From an uncultured Candidatus Saccharibacteria bacterium (GTDB taxonomy: Bacteria > Patescibacteriota > Minisyncoccia > UBA6257), in the NCBI GenBank assembly GCA_964428155.1, contig CAYRXA010000020.1, positions 1 to 38,814 on the forward strand: a DNA stretch of 38,814 bases. Direction: 5' to 3'. The first letter of the stretch is position 1. Each line of letters begins with the position of its first letter. Below, in pieces: positions 7,809 to 18,263 of this stretch. The notes under the pieces were generated by a model that was not told the origin of the DNA, ran no database searches, and saw only the letters and a list, made by a program, of their open reading frames with translations. A program made the translations under genes and the position numbers.

Positions 7809-9935
7809 ATGGCAAAAATATATCCTAAGGAAAAAATAAGGGACATTGGTTTTATTGCTCACATTGATGCTGGTAAAACAACAACAACTGAGCGGGTTTT
7901 ATTTTATACTGGTATTACACATAAAATTGGTATTATTGATGAAGGGACAACAACTATGGATTGGATGGTTCAAGAAAGAGAAAGAGGGGTAACAATCACT
8001 TCAGCAGCAACGACTTGTTTTTGGGCGCCAACTTATCGGGAAAAAGATGAAAATTATGAACATCGAATTAATATTATTGATACCCCAGGGCATATTGATT
8101 TTACAGCTGAAGTTCAGAGATCTTTAAGAGTTCTTGATGGAGCAGTTGTTATTTTTGATGGAGTAGCTGGGGTAGAGTCGCAGTCTGAAACAGTTTGGCG
8201 GCAAGCAGATAAATATAAAGTACCACGAATGTGTTTTATTAATAAGATGGATCGAATGGGGGTTGATTATGAAAAAGCATTTAAGTCTATTAAAGAAAGA
8301 TTAACTCCTCATGCTCAAGCTATTAATATTCCTATTGGAGCTGAAGGAAATTTTGAAGGTGTAATTGATTTGATTTTAATGAAGGCAGTTTATTTTGAAG
8401 GAGAGCAAGGAGAAATTATTACTTTAAAAGAAATTCCATCAGATTTAATTGAAAAAGCTGAAGAATATAGAAAAGCTTTTATTGAAAAAATAGTAGAGCA
8501 AGATGAGGCAACTTTAACTGAGTATCTTGAAGAAGGGAAAGAACCTTCAGTAGATAAGGTTAGAGAAATATTAAGAAAGGCAACAATTTCTGGTAAAATT
8601 ATTCCAGTTTTTTGCGGGAGTTCTTTTAGGAACAAAGGCATTCAGCCTCTTCTTGATGCTATTATTGAATATTTGCCTTCCCCACAAGACTTACCTCCAA
8701 TTGAAGGGATTCACCCTAAAACTGAAGAAAAAGTTGTTCGTCATTCTAGTGATGATGAACCTTTTTCAGCATTAGTTTTTAAAGTAGCAAATGATCCTTA
8801 TGTAGGGTCTTTGAGTTTCTTTAGGGTTTATTCAGGAGTTTTTAAAAAAGGTAATTATCTTTTAAATGCTAGTAAATCAGAACAAGAAAGAATAGGTAGG
8901 TTACTGCAGATGCATTCTAATCGACGAGAAGAATTAGAAGAAGTTAGGGCAGGAGATATTGCAGCGACAGTTGGTTTAAAAAACACAGGAACAGGAGATA
9001 CTCTATGTGATCCTGATAATCCAGTTATTTTAGAGCAAATTGAATTTCCAGAGCCGGTTATTTCAATCAAGGTAGAGCCTCAAACAAAAATTGATCAAGA
9101 GAAAATGTCATTAGTTTTAAAAAAATTATCAGAAGAGGATCCTACCTTTAAAGCAAAAAGTGATCAAGAAACATCAGAAACGGTTATTTCAGGGATGGGA
9201 GAATTTCATTTAGAAATTCTAGTAGACAGAATGAAAAGAGAATTTAATCTTAATGTAAAGACAGGTCGTCCCCAAGTAGCCTATAAAGAGACTATTCAAA
9301 AAACAGTAGAAAGTGAAGGAAAATATATTAGACAATCAGGAGGGCGAGGACAATATGGTCATGTTTTATTGAGATTAGAGCCTTTAGAAAGAGGAAAAGG
9401 ATTTGAATTTGTAGATGTTATAAAAGGAGGAGCTATTCCTAAAGAATTTATTCCGGCAGTAGAAAAAGGAGTTAAAGAAGCTTTGGAAAGAGGTATTATA
9501 GCTGGGTATCCAGTTTCTGATGTAAAAGTAACTCTTTATGATGGATCTTTTCATGATGTAGATTCTTCTGATTTTGCTTTTAAGATAGCTGGTTCAATGG
9601 CTTTTCAAGACGGAGCTAAAAAAGCTGATCCAGTTCTTTTAGAACCAATAATGAAATTAGAGGTAGTTATTCCAGAAAAATATTTAGGAGATATTACAGG
9701 AGATTTGAGTTCTAAAAGAGGAAGCATCGAAAGTATGTTTGATCGTGGAATGACAAAAGTTATTGAGGCAAAAGTTCCTTTGGCAGAAATGTTTGGTTTT
9801 GCTACAAAGATACGTTCTTTAACTGAAGGTCGAGGAGTTTTTACAATGGAATTTGATCATTATAAAGAAGTTCCTTTCAATATTGCCCAGGAAATTATGG
9901 GAAAGGCAGAATCAAAATCAGAAAAAGAAGCCTAA
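7809..9935 (+). CDS. fusA: Elongation factor G
   Basis: [36 protein letters not shown]. Confidence 0.99.
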   Translation: MAKIYPKEKIRDIGFIAHIDAGKTTTTERVLFYTGITHKIGIIDEGTTTMDWMVQERERGVTITSAATTCFWAPTYREKDENYEHRINIIDTPGHIDFTAEVQRSLRVLDGAVVIFDGVAGVESQSETVWRQADKYKVPRMCFINKMDRMGVDYEKAFKSIKERLTPHAQAINIPIGAEGNFEGVIDLILMKAVYFEGEQGEIITLKEIPSDLIEKAEEYRKAFIEKIVEQDEATLTEYLEEGKEPSVDKVREILRKATISGKIIPVFCGSSFRNKGIQPLLDAIIEYLPSPQDLPPIEGIHPKTEEKVVRHSSDDEPFSALVFKVANDPYVGSLSFFRVYSGVFKKGNYLLNASKSEQERIGRLLQMHSNRREELEEVRAGDIAATVGLKNTGTGDTLCDPDNPVILEQIEFPEPVISIKVEPQTKIDQEKMSLVLKKLSEEDPTFKAKSDQETSETVISGMGEFHLEILVDRMKREFNLNVKTGRPQVAYKETIQKTVESEGKYIRQSGGRGQYGHVLLRLEPLERGKGFEFVDVIKGGAIPKEFIPAVEKGVKEALERGIIAGYPVSDVKVTLYDGSFHDVDSSDFAFKIAGSMAFQDGAKKADPVLLEPIMKLEVVIPEKYLGDITGDLSSKRGSIESMFDRGMTKVIEAKVPLAEMFGFATKIRSLTEGRGVFTMEFDHYKEVPFNIAQEIMGKAESKSEKEA

Positions 9936-9938
9936 GGG

Positions 9939-9967
9939 TTGACAATAAATCGGTTATACCTTAATAT
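9939..9967 (+). promoter_or_regulatory. Internal promoter for tuf
   Basis: TTGACA, 17 nt, TAATAT in the fusA-tuf spacer. Confidence 0.6.
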
Positions 9968-10046
9968 TGTAGGTACACAAACAATTCGCTTAATAACCGA
10001 GTTAGAAAGCGAAAAAATAAATAATAAAAAATAAATAATAAAAAAT

Positions 10047-11246
10047 ATGGCAGAAAAAGAAAAATTTGTTCGCAGTAAAATACATATGAATGTGGGAACG
10101 ATTGGTCATATTGATCATGGGAAAACCACTTTAACAGCTGCAATTTTACATGCCCTTCATTTAAAAGGAGGAACAGGGAAAGATTCAAATGTAGATGAAA
10201 TTGATAATGCCCCAGAAGAAAAAGCTCGAGGAATTACTATCAATGTTCATCATTCTGAATATGAGACTGAAACAAGGCATTATGCTCATATTGATTGTCC
10301 TGGACATACTGATTATATCAAAAACATGATTACAGGATCTGCTCAGATGGACGGTGCTATTTTAGTAGTTTCTGCTCCTGATGGACCAATGCCACAGACT
10401 TTTGAACATATTCTTTTAGCTCGTCAGGTAGGAGTTCCAGCAATGGCGGTTTTCTTGAACAAAGTTGATATGGTTGAAGATAAAGAATTGTTAGATTTAG
10501 TGGAAACTGAAATTAGAGAATTATTAACTAAACATGAATATGACGGAAAGAATGCTCCAATAATAAGAGGCTCTGCTTTAAAAGCCCTTGAAGCTAAATC
10601 TGCTGATGATCCAGAAGTTAAGCCTATTTTTGATTTATTAGAAGCGGTTGATTCTTATTTCCCAGAACCTAAAAGAGATATTGATAAGCCATTTTTAATG
10701 CCAGTTGAAGATATCTTTTCTATTGAAGGAAGAGGAACAGTTTCTACTGGAAGAGTAGAAAGAGGAGTTATTAAATTGAATGATGAAATAGAAATTATCG
10801 GCTATCAACCTACAGTTAAGACTATTGTTACTGGTTTAGAGATGTTTAATAAGTCTCTTGATGAGAGTCAGGCAGGAGATAATGTAGGTATTTTATTAAG
10901 AGGTTTAAAGAAAGAAGAAATTAGAAGAGGTCAAGTGTTAGCTAAGCCAGGCTCAATTACTCCACATACAGAATTTGAAGCAGAAGTATATATTTTAGCT
11001 AAAGAAGAAGGAGGTAGACATACCCCATTCTTTACTGGATATAAGCCACAATTCTTTATTAGAACAGCTGATGTAACTGGTGAAGTTACTCTTCCTGAAG
11101 GAGTAGAAATGGTAATGCCAGGAGATAATGTTAAATTTACAGTTAAATTGATTGTTCCAGTAGCTTTAGACGAAAGCTCTAGATTTGCTATTAGAGAAGG
11201 AGGAAGAACTGTCGGTGCAGGAGTCGTAACAAAAATCCTTAAATAA
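10047..11246 (+). CDS. tuf: Elongation factor Tu
   Basis: [34 protein letters not shown]. Confidence 0.99.
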   Translation: MAEKEKFVRSKIHMNVGTIGHIDHGKTTLTAAILHALHLKGGTGKDSNVDEIDNAPEEKARGITINVHHSEYETETRHYAHIDCPGHTDYIKNMITGSAQMDGAILVVSAPDGPMPQTFEHILLARQVGVPAMAVFLNKVDMVEDKELLDLVETEIRELLTKHEYDGKNAPIIRGSALKALEAKSADDPEVKPIFDLLEAVDSYFPEPKRDIDKPFLMPVEDIFSIEGRGTVSTGRVERGVIKLNDEIEIIGYQPTVKTIVTGLEMFNKSLDESQAGDNVGILLRGLKKEEIRRGQVLAKPGSITPHTEFEAEVYILAKEEGGRHTPFFTGYKPQFFIRTADVTGEVTLPEGVEMVMPGDNVKFTVKLIVPVALDESSRFAIREGGRTVGAGVVTKILK

Positions 11247-11257
11247 TATTATTTACT

Positions 11258-11587
11258 GTGGTGTCAACTTCTAAAACAGAGATCCAACAGAAGATTAGAA
11301 TAAAAATAAAGGGTTATGATTATCGAATTCTTGATAATTCTTGTAAGCAGATCATTGAAACAGTGATGAGATATGGAAGTGAAATATTAGGACCGATTCC
11401 TTTACCAACAGAGATTCATCGCTATACGGTAAATAAAGCCACTTTTATTAAAAAAGATGCTCGAGAGCAATTCGAGATCAGGATTCATAAAAGGCTTATT
11501 GAAATTCCAAATTCTAATCAGAAAACCATAGAAGCTCTTACAAATTTAGATTTACCAGCAGGAATAGATATAGAGATAAAGATGTAA
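11258..11587 (+). CDS. rpsJ: 30S ribosomal protein uS10
   Basis: KIRIKIKGYD, GPIPLPT, REQFEIRIHKRLI. Confidence 0.98.
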   Translation: MVSTSKTEIQQKIRIKIKGYDYRILDNSCKQIIETVMRYGSEILGPIPLPTEIHRYTVNKATFIKKDAREQFEIRIHKRLIEIPNSNQKTIEALTNLDLPAGIDIEIKM

Positions 11588-11649
11588 GCCCGGAGTATCT
11601 AGTCTACAGAGTAGCTTAAAAGGAAACTGGGCTAGGGCCCAGTTTTTCT
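11587..11649 (+). promoter_or_regulatory. Terminator/antiterminator-like structured spacer between rpsJ and rplC
   Basis: GAAACTGGGC-TAGG-GCCCAGTTTTT hairpin; AGCCCGG (11587-11593) can pair alternatively with CTGGGCT (11627-11633). Confidence 0.55.
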
Positions 11650-11685
11650 ATGAAGAATCAAGGATTTAAATTTATTCTTATTGAT

Positions 11686-12270
11686 ATGAAAATAATCTTA
11701 GCTAAAAAATTAGAGATGTCCCAAGTGTTTAATGAAGAAGGGAAAGTAGTTCCGGTTACCATTTTAGAGGCCGGGCCGGTTAAGATTACTCAGATAAAAT
11801 CACAAGACAAAGATAAATATCAAGCTATTCAAATGGGTTTTGGTCAAAAAAAAGATGGTTTTCGTTGGCTTAAAGAGTTTGTCTTAGATAATAATAACAA
11901 AGAGGAAAAGAAAGAAATAGATTTTAAAGTAGGTGATGAAATTAAAGTAGATATTTTTAAAGAAGGAGATAAAGTTATTGTTTCAGGAGAAAGTAAAGGC
12001 AAGGGTTTTCAAGGAGTTGTTAAAAGGCATGGTTTTAAAGGAAGTTCAGCGACTCATGGAACAAAAGACCAGCTAAGAGCTTCAGGATCAATTGGCCATA
12101 CTGGAATTCAACGAGTTGAAAAAGGAAAGAGAATGGCAGGAAGAATGGGGCAGGATCAGATAACACTTAAAAAAATTACAGTAATAAAAGTTGTTCCTGA
12201 GAAAAATCTTCTTTATTTAAAAGGAGCTATCCCAGGTAGAAGGAATACTCTATTAAAAATTATAGGTTAA
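11686..12270 (+). CDS. rplC: 50S ribosomal protein uL3 (likely start 11686; ORF opens at 11650)
   Basis: KKLEMSQVF, VPVTIL, SKGKGFQGVVKRHGF, RMAGRMG. Confidence 0.97.
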   Translation: MKIILAKKLEMSQVFNEEGKVVPVTILEAGPVKITQIKSQDKDKYQAIQMGFGQKKDGFRWLKEFVLDNNNKEEKKEIDFKVGDEIKVDIFKEGDKVIVSGESKGKGFQGVVKRHGFKGSSATHGTKDQLRASGSIGHTGIQRVEKGKRMAGRMGQDQITLKKITVIKVVPEKNLLYLKGAIPGRRNTLLKIIG

Positions 12271-12271
12271 A

Positions 12272-12904
12272 ATGAAAGCACCAGTTTATAATTCAAAAGG
12301 AGAGTTAAAAGAAGAGATTGAATTATCTTCGGAAATTTTTGGTAAAAAGTTAAATAATAATCTTGTTTATCAAGTTTATAAAAATTTACTTAGTAATCAA
12401 AGGCAGCCTTTAGCTTTCAGTAAAGATAGATCAGAAGTTAAGGGTGGAGGAAGAAAGCCTTGGGTACAAAAAGGAACTGGTAGGGCCCGGCATGGATCAA
12501 TTCGTTCTCCTCTTTGGAAAGGAGGGGGAGCAACTTTTGGTCCAAGAGAAAAAGAACAAAATATAAAAAAGAAAATAAATAAAAAAGTTAGACAAGAAGC
12601 AATTCGAATGGTATTGTCTCAGAAATTAAAAGATGGAGAAGTTAAAATTATTGAAGAAATAAAGTTAGAAAAACCAAAAACTAGTACGCTAGATAAAATT
12701 TTTAAAAACATTTTTGATAAGAAAGAAAAGTTTCCTAGTATTTTATTGGTAACTGATTCAAAGGAAAGAAATTTTTCCAGGAGCGTTAAAAATATCTCTT
12801 ATATAAAAGTCATTAATGCTGAAAATATTAATTTAATTGACCTTTTGAATAATAAATATTTATTATTACCAAAAAGTATACTTTTAACTTTAGAAAAAAA
12901 ATAG
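12272..12904 (+). CDS. rplD: 50S ribosomal protein uL4
   Basis: GGGRKPWVQKGTGRARHGSIRSP. Confidence 0.98.
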   Translation: MKAPVYNSKGELKEEIELSSEIFGKKLNNNLVYQVYKNLLSNQRQPLAFSKDRSEVKGGGRKPWVQKGTGRARHGSIRSPLWKGGGATFGPREKEQNIKKKINKKVRQEAIRMVLSQKLKDGEVKIIEEIKLEKPKTSTLDKIFKNIFDKKEKFPSILLVTDSKERNFSRSVKNISYIKVINAENINLIDLLNNKYLLLPKSILLTLEKK

Positions 12905-12908
12905 ACCA

Positions 12909-13328
12909 ATGAGTGTTTTAGATATTTTTAAAAAAAAGGAAAAAAAGCAAGTTTCTGAGAAGAAAAAAGAGAAGAAAACAACACCTTCTCCATCAACTGA
13001 GAAAACTAAGAAGGCTGTTATTTCCCCAGCTTCTTCAAAAGATGTTTTGCAAAAACATAGTTTTTTAGCAAGGCCTTATTTTAGTGAAAAATTTACTTTT
13101 TTAAGAGAAAAGGAAAATAAGTATATTTTTGAAGTTTATCCTAGAGCTACAAAAAATGAAATTAAAAAACTTTTAGAAAGTATTTATAATGTAAAGATAT
13201 TAAAAATAAATGTTTTGAGCGCTTCTAAGAAAACAAAAAGATGGAGAAATAAAAAAAGCGTCCTTAAAGGGAATAAAAAAATGATAATTACCTTAAAACA
13301 AGGACAAAATATAGATTTAGGAATATGA
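12909..13328 (+). CDS. rplW: 50S ribosomal protein uL23 with ~50-aa Lys-rich N-terminal extension
   Basis: PYFSEK, YIFEV, ATKNEIK, KKMIITL core; operon position. Confidence 0.93.
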   Translation: MSVLDIFKKKEKKQVSEKKKEKKTTPSPSTEKTKKAVISPASSKDVLQKHSFLARPYFSEKFTFLREKENKYIFEVYPRATKNEIKKLLESIYNVKILKINVLSASKKTKRWRNKKSVLKGNKKMIITLKQGQNIDLGI

Positions 13329-14158
13329 TAAAAAAGTATAAACCAACAACACCGGCGAGACGTCATTATTCAGTGAGTGATTATTCGGTTTTGACAACTG
13401 ACGAGCCTTTTAAAAAATTAACTGCTTTTAAGAAAAGAAAGGTGGGTAGATCTAAAGGAAGAATAACAGTTCGTCATAAAGGAGGAGGCCATAAGAGACT
13501 CTATCGTAGTATTTTCTTTGGTGAGGAAAAAAAGGGAATTCCTGGCTTAATTAAAACTATCGAATATGATCCTAATCGTTCTTGTTTTATTTCTTTAGTT
13601 TCTTATGAAGATGGAGAATGGGGATATATTTTAGCTCCACAAGGATTAAAAGTTGGAGATAAAATTATTTGTGACGAAAAAACTACTTTAAAGAAAGGAA
13701 ATAGGATGATGCTTAAAAATATTCCTGTTGGTAATTTTGTTCATAATATTGAAGTGAAATCAGATGCTGGAGGTAAATTAGTAAAATCAGCTGGATCTTC
13801 TGCTTCAGTTGTTGCTCAAGATGGGAAATATACTCATTTAAAAATGCCTTCTTCAGAAATAAGAAAAGTGATAGATCATTATTATGCTTCAGTAGGACAA
13901 CTTTCGAATGTAGAGCATAAAATGATTAGTATTGGAAAAGCTGGCCGCTCTCGTCATTTAGGGAAAAGGCCAACAGTTAGAGGAACAGCGATGAATGCTG
14001 TTGATCATCCTTATGGAGGAGGAGAAGGAAGAACAAAGAGGGGGACTAGAAGACCGAAGAGTATTTATGGTAAAGTAACTGGTGGTAAGAAGACAAGAAA
14101 AAAGAAAAGATATTCTAATAAATTTATAGTTTCAAGACGAAAGAAAAAACGTAAATAA
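13325..14158 (+). CDS. rplB: 50S ribosomal protein uL2
   Basis: IEYDPNRS, RPTVRGTAMNAVDHPYGGGEG. Confidence 0.99.
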   Translation: MIKKYKPTTPARRHYSVSDYSVLTTDEPFKKLTAFKKRKVGRSKGRITVRHKGGGHKRLYRSIFFGEEKKGIPGLIKTIEYDPNRSCFISLVSYEDGEWGYILAPQGLKVGDKIICDEKTTLKKGNRMMLKNIPVGNFVHNIEVKSDAGGKLVKSAGSSASVVAQDGKYTHLKMPSSEIRKVIDHYYASVGQLSNVEHKMISIGKAGRSRHLGKRPTVRGTAMNAVDHPYGGGEGRTKRGTRRPKSIYGKVTGGKKTRKKKRYSNKFIVSRRKKKRK

Positions 14159-14211
14159 TAAAAAATTTAATTTTAAATTAATTTGTAATAAAATTTTAAT
14201 AAACGCTAAGT

Positions 14212-14547
14212 ATGTCACGTTCACTTAAAAAAGGTCCTTATATTCATCCTAAATTATTGAAAAAAATTTCTCGGATGAAAGCAGGAGATAAAACTCCTAT
14301 TAAAACCTGGTCGAGGGATTCAATGATTACTCCTGAGATGGTTGGTTATGTTTTTATGGTTCATAATGGAAAGACTTTTATTGAAGTTGAAGCAAGAGAA
14401 GAAATGGTAGGGCATCGTTTAGGGGAATTTGCTCCTACGCGTAAGTTTGTTAGGCATGGAGGTAAAATGCAGCGAGATTTAGAAACAAAAACAAAGGTAG
14501 TAAGTGGAGAACCAGCAGCTGCTAAAGCTAAAACAGGAAATAAATAA
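14212..14547 (+). CDS. rpsS: 30S ribosomal protein uS19
   Basis: [25 protein letters not shown]. Confidence 0.99.
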   Translation: MSRSLKKGPYIHPKLLKKISRMKAGDKTPIKTWSRDSMITPEMVGYVFMVHNGKTFIEVEAREEMVGHRLGEFAPTRKFVRHGGKMQRDLETKTKVVSGEPAAAKAKTGNK

Positions 14548-14554
14548 TTAAAAG

Positions 14555-15097
14555 ATGAAATTGAACATGGAAGTAAAAGCTTCTTTAAAATATTTAAGAA
14601 CTAGCCCTAGAAAGGTTCGTTTAGTGACTGATCTTATAAAAGGGTTACCAGTGCAAAATGCAGAGGCTCAATTAAATCATCTCCCTAAGAAAAGTAGCCT
14701 CCCAGTTTTAAAATTATTAAAATCAGCAGTAGCTAATGCAGAAAATAATTTTCAATTAGATAAAAGTAACCTTTATATTAAAATTGCTAGAGTTGATGAG
14801 GGGCCTGCTTTAAAAAGATGGCGAGCACGAGCTCGAGGATCAGCTTATACTATTAAAAAAAGAACTTCACATATTTTTATTATTCTAGACGAAATAAAGA
14901 AAAAATCTTTATTAAAAACAGAAAAGACAGAAAAAGCAATTAAAAGTCAAAAGAAAGGAAAAGAAACAGAGAAAAAGGAGTTTAAGTCATTAAAAACAAA
15001 AACACCTCGCTTTAAAAAAGCAGAAATAGAACATGAGAAAAAAGCACCAAGTGGAGTTGTTTCAAAGAAAAAAGTCTTTCGTCGTAAAACAATTTAA
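14555..15097 (+). CDS. rplV: 50S ribosomal protein uL22 with long Lys-rich C-terminal tail (start may be 14567)
   Basis: SPRKVRLV, SAVANAENN, VDEGP, RARG, KRTSHI. Confidence 0.97.
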   Translation: MKLNMEVKASLKYLRTSPRKVRLVTDLIKGLPVQNAEAQLNHLPKKSSLPVLKLLKSAVANAENNFQLDKSNLYIKIARVDEGPALKRWRARARGSAYTIKKRTSHIFIILDEIKKKSLLKTEKTEKAIKSQKKGKETEKKEFKSLKTKTPRFKKAEIEHEKKAPSGVVSKKKVFRRKTI

Positions 15098-15120
15098 CAA
15101 AGAAGATTAATACTTAATTC

Positions 15121-15780
15121 ATGGGTAAAAAAATTAATCCAAAATCTTATAGATTAGGCTTAAACAAGAGATGGGAATCTCGATGGTTTAATTTAAAAGA
15201 AGCACCAAAATTATTAGAAGAGGACTATAAAATTCGTCAATTTGTTAATGAAAAGGCGAAAGCTTCTCGAATAGAAAGCATTGATATAGAAAGAAAAACA
15301 AAAGATATTAAAATTATTATTCAAACTGCTAGGCCAGGTGTTTTAATTGGTCGTCAAGGTCAAGGCATAGATGCTCTTCAAAAAGGATTGAAGAAAATTT
15401 TAAAAACTGATTTGAATATTAATATTTCTGTAGAAGAAGTAAAGAACCCAGAAATTTCTGCTCAAATAGTAGCTCAAGGAATTGCTGAAGACATAGAAAA
15501 AAGAATTTCTTATAGAAGAGTTTTAAAGCAATATCTCAATAAAATAGAGCAACATAAAAAAGTTTTAGGTGTTAAAATTATGGCTTCAGGAAGGCTAGAT
15601 GGAATTGAGATAGCTAGAGACGAGTGGTTAAAAAAAGGAAAGTTGCCTTTATCAACTTTAAGAGCAGATATTGATTATGGTAATGCTGAAGCTCGTTGTG
15701 CTTATGGTACAGTAGGAATAAAAGTGTGGATTTATAAAGGAGAAAAATTTAATAATCTTGACGATAATAATAGAAATTAA
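15121..15780 (+). CDS. rpsC: 30S ribosomal protein uS3
   Basis: [35 protein letters not shown]. Confidence 0.99.
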   Translation: MGKKINPKSYRLGLNKRWESRWFNLKEAPKLLEEDYKIRQFVNEKAKASRIESIDIERKTKDIKIIIQTARPGVLIGRQGQGIDALQKGLKKILKTDLNINISVEEVKNPEISAQIVAQGIAEDIEKRISYRRVLKQYLNKIEQHKKVLGVKIMASGRLDGIEIARDEWLKKGKLPLSTLRADIDYGNAEARCAYGTVGIKVWIYKGEKFNNLDDNNRN

Positions 15781-15788
15781 TATTTATT

Positions 15789-16199
15789 ATGTTATTACCG
15801 AAAAAAGTTAAACATAGAAAGATGCATAAAGGACGAAATAGATTTCGTCAATTAGATACTCGAGGAGTCCATCTTTCTTTTGGTATTTTTGGTTTAAAAG
15901 CTCTTGAAGAAGTTTGGCTTTCTTCGCAGCAAATAGAATCAGCAAGAAGAGCAATTGCTAGATCTTTGCAGAAAGAAGGAAAGGTATGGATGAGAGTTTT
16001 TCCTGACAAGCCAATAACTAAAAAACCGCCAGAAGTTACAATGGGAGGAGGAAAAGGGTCTGTTGAATATTATGTTTGTCCAGTTAGGCCAGGAAAAATT
16101 CTTTTTGAAATTGATGGAGTCTCTTTTGAAAAAGCTAAAGAAGCTTTTCGTTTAGCTAATTCCAAATTACCAATAAAAACTTCTGTTATTAAAAAATAA
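15789..16199 (+). CDS. rplP: 50S ribosomal protein uL16
   Basis: [26 protein letters not shown]. Confidence 0.99.
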   Translation: MLLPKKVKHRKMHKGRNRFRQLDTRGVHLSFGIFGLKALEEVWLSSQQIESARRAIARSLQKEGKVWMRVFPDKPITKKPPEVTMGGGKGSVEYYVCPVRPGKILFEIDGVSFEKAKEAFRLANSKLPIKTSVIKK

Positions 16200-16217
16200 G
16201 TTATTTAAATCTTTAAG

Positions 16218-16418
16218 ATGGTTAAAACAAAAGAATTAAAATTAAAATCAGATGAAGAATTGAATCAATTACTTTCTGATTCTCAGAGAAAGTTAAGAGA
16301 GCTAAGATTTAATTTAGCTAGCGGCAAGGTTAAAAATGTTCGCGCTATTCGTGTTTTAAAAAAAGATATTGCTCGAATTTTAACTATTTTAAATGAAAAA
16401 TCTCAAAATATTGTTTAG
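16218..16418 (+). CDS. rpmC: 50S ribosomal protein uL29
   Basis: LRF...IR..KKDIARILT. Confidence 0.96.
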   Translation: MVKTKELKLKSDEELNQLLSDSQRKLRELRFNLASGKVKNVRAIRVLKKDIARILTILNEKSQNIV

Positions 16419-16435
16419 TTATTTATTAATAAAAT

Positions 16436-16771
16436 ATGGAAAAATCAACAACTCAAAAAATTAAATCAGTAGAAAAAGGAAAAAAAAGAACTCTGAAAGG
16501 AGAAATTATTTCTGATAAAATGGAAAAAACAGTTGTCGTAAAGGTTTCTAGAATTAAATTGCATCCAAAATATAGAAAATATTATAAAATTTCTCAGAAT
16601 TTCAAAGCTCATGACGAAAAGAATCAATATCACATAGGAGATAATGTTATTATAGAAGAGATAAAGCCAATGTCTAAAGATAAAAGATGGAGAGTGGTTT
16701 CTTCTGTTTTGTCTAATCCAAATGAAAAAGAGAAAATAGAAAATGAAGAAGATAAAAAAAATAATAAATAA
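16436..16771 (+). CDS. rpsQ: 30S ribosomal protein uS17
   Basis: SDKMEKTVVV, HPKYRK, AHDE, PMSKDKRW. Confidence 0.97.
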   Translation: MEKSTTQKIKSVEKGKKRTLKGEIISDKMEKTVVVKVSRIKLHPKYRKYYKISQNFKAHDEKNQYHIGDNVIIEEIKPMSKDKRWRVVSSVLSNPNEKEKIENEEDKKNNK

Positions 16772-16794
16772 CAAATTTAGTAATTTATATTGAT

Positions 16795-17163
16795 ATGATT
16801 CAGCCACAGACAATCTTAAAAGTAATTGATAACAGCGGAGCAAAAGTAATTCGTTGTTTTAAAGTTTTGGGTGGTAGTAGAAAAAAATATGCTCAGATAG
16901 GTGACATAATTGTTGCTTCTGTTCAGATAGCAGAACCCCGCAAAGAGATAAAAAAGAAAGCAGTAATTAAGGCAATAATTGTTCGTCAAAAAAAAGCTTT
17001 TCGAAGAAAAGATGGGAGCTATATCCGCTTTGATGAAAATGCAGCAATTCTTATTAATGATAAAAAAGAGCCGATAGGTAATCGTATTTTTGGTCCAATC
17101 CCTCGCGAAATAAAAGAAAAGGGTTATCTTAAAATAGCTGCTTTGTCTCCAGAATTAGTGTAA
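16795..17163 (+). CDS. rplN: 50S ribosomal protein uL14
   Basis: DNSGAK, RFDENAA, RIFGP. Confidence 0.99.
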   Translation: MIQPQTILKVIDNSGAKVIRCFKVLGGSRKKYAQIGDIIVASVQIAEPRKEIKKKAVIKAIIVRQKKAFRRKDGSYIRFDENAAILINDKKEPIGNRIFGPIPREIKEKGYLKIAALSPELV

Positions 17164-17187
17164 ATTTAATCCATTATTTTATTAAGT

Positions 17188-17496
17188 ATGAATATTAAAA
17201 AAGGTGATACAGTTCAAATTAAAAAAGGAAAAGATAAAAATAAAACAGGTAAAGTAATAAAAGTTTTACCCTCAGAAAATAAAGTAGTGGTTGAGTCCTT
17301 GAATTTAGTAAAAAAAATTCAGAAGGCTAAAAAACAAGGAGAAAAGGGAGAAATTGTTGCTGTTCCTAGACCAATTGCCAGGGCAAATGTTATGTTGATC
17401 TGCCCTCATTGTAAAAAGCCAACGAGAATTGGATATCAAGAAGACAATAGAATAAAAGCTAGAATTTGCAAAAAATGCAATGCTAAAATATCATAA
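17188..17496 (+). CDS. rplX: 50S ribosomal protein uL24 (zinc-ribbon form)
   Basis: KKGDTV..GKDK.K.G KOW motif; CPHC and CKKC. Confidence 0.97.
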   Translation: MNIKKGDTVQIKKGKDKNKTGKVIKVLPSENKVVVESLNLVKKIQKAKKQGEKGEIVAVPRPIARANVMLICPHCKKPTRIGYQEDNRIKARICKKCNAKIS

Positions 17497-17501
17497 AATT
17501 T

Positions 17502-18065
17502 ATGAAACTTCATTACAAAGAACAATTTAAGAAAATAGTTATTCCTGGAATGAAAAAAGAATTTAAGATTGATAATGATCTTGGCGTACCTAGAATTACG
17601 AAAGTGGTAGTGAATGTTGGTGTTGGTCGATTAATGACTACTTCTAAAGATAATAAAGAATTAATTAAAAAGATTTCTGAAATAGTAGGAATAATTACTG
17701 GCCAAAAACCATCTACGTGTCCAGCAAAAAAATCAATTGCTAGTTTTAAATTAAGAGAAGGCATGCCCATTGGTTTAAAAACAACTTTAAGAGGACAAAG
17801 AATGGAAGATTTTATTTTTAGATTTGTAAATTTAGCTTTACCAAGAATTAGAGATTTCTGGGGAATTCCTCTGAAAAATATTGACGAACAGGGAAATTTA
17901 AATTATGGTGTAAAAGAGTATAGTATTTTCCCAGAAACAGAAAGAATTCAAAATGCCCCAATTTTTGGTTTAGAGATAACTTTTGTTACTAATGCAAAAA
18001 CAAAAGATCAAGCAATAAAATTATATCAATTATTAGAATTTCCTTTATGGCAAAAAAATCAGTAA
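17502..18065 (+). CDS. rplE: 50S ribosomal protein uL5
   Basis: [34 protein letters not shown]. Confidence 0.98.
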   Translation: MKLHYKEQFKKIVIPGMKKEFKIDNDLGVPRITKVVVNVGVGRLMTTSKDNKELIKKISEIVGIITGQKPSTCPAKKSIASFKLREGMPIGLKTTLRGQRMEDFIFRFVNLALPRIRDFWGIPLKNIDEQGNLNYGVKEYSIFPETERIQNAPIFGLEITFVTNAKTKDQAIKLYQLLEFPLWQKNQ

Positions 18066-18232
18066 TAGCAAGATCTCAAAAAAAGCCGAAATATTCTTCA
18101 CGAATAGTGAGGCGCTGTTGGCGTTGTGGTAGGAAAAGAGGCTATATAAGAGATTATGGTATTTGTCGAATTTGTTTCAGAGAAATGGCTTCAAAGGGAG
18201 AAATTCCTGGTGTTAAAAAAGCTAGTTGGTAA
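18047..18232 (+). CDS. rpsN: 30S ribosomal protein uS14, zinc-binding type Z
   Basis: 61 aa; CWRC...CRICFRE, GVKKASW. Confidence 0.98.
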   Translation: MAKKSVIARSQKKPKYSSRIVRRCWRCGRKRGYIRDYGICRICFREMASKGEIPGVKKASW

Positions 18233-18263
18233 ATTTAATTAATAAATAATAATAAGTAACAAG

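Noticed and set aside
11650-11685. Longer N-terminus for uL3
   Set aside because: It begins at the foot of the terminator hairpin; family homology starts at ATG 11686
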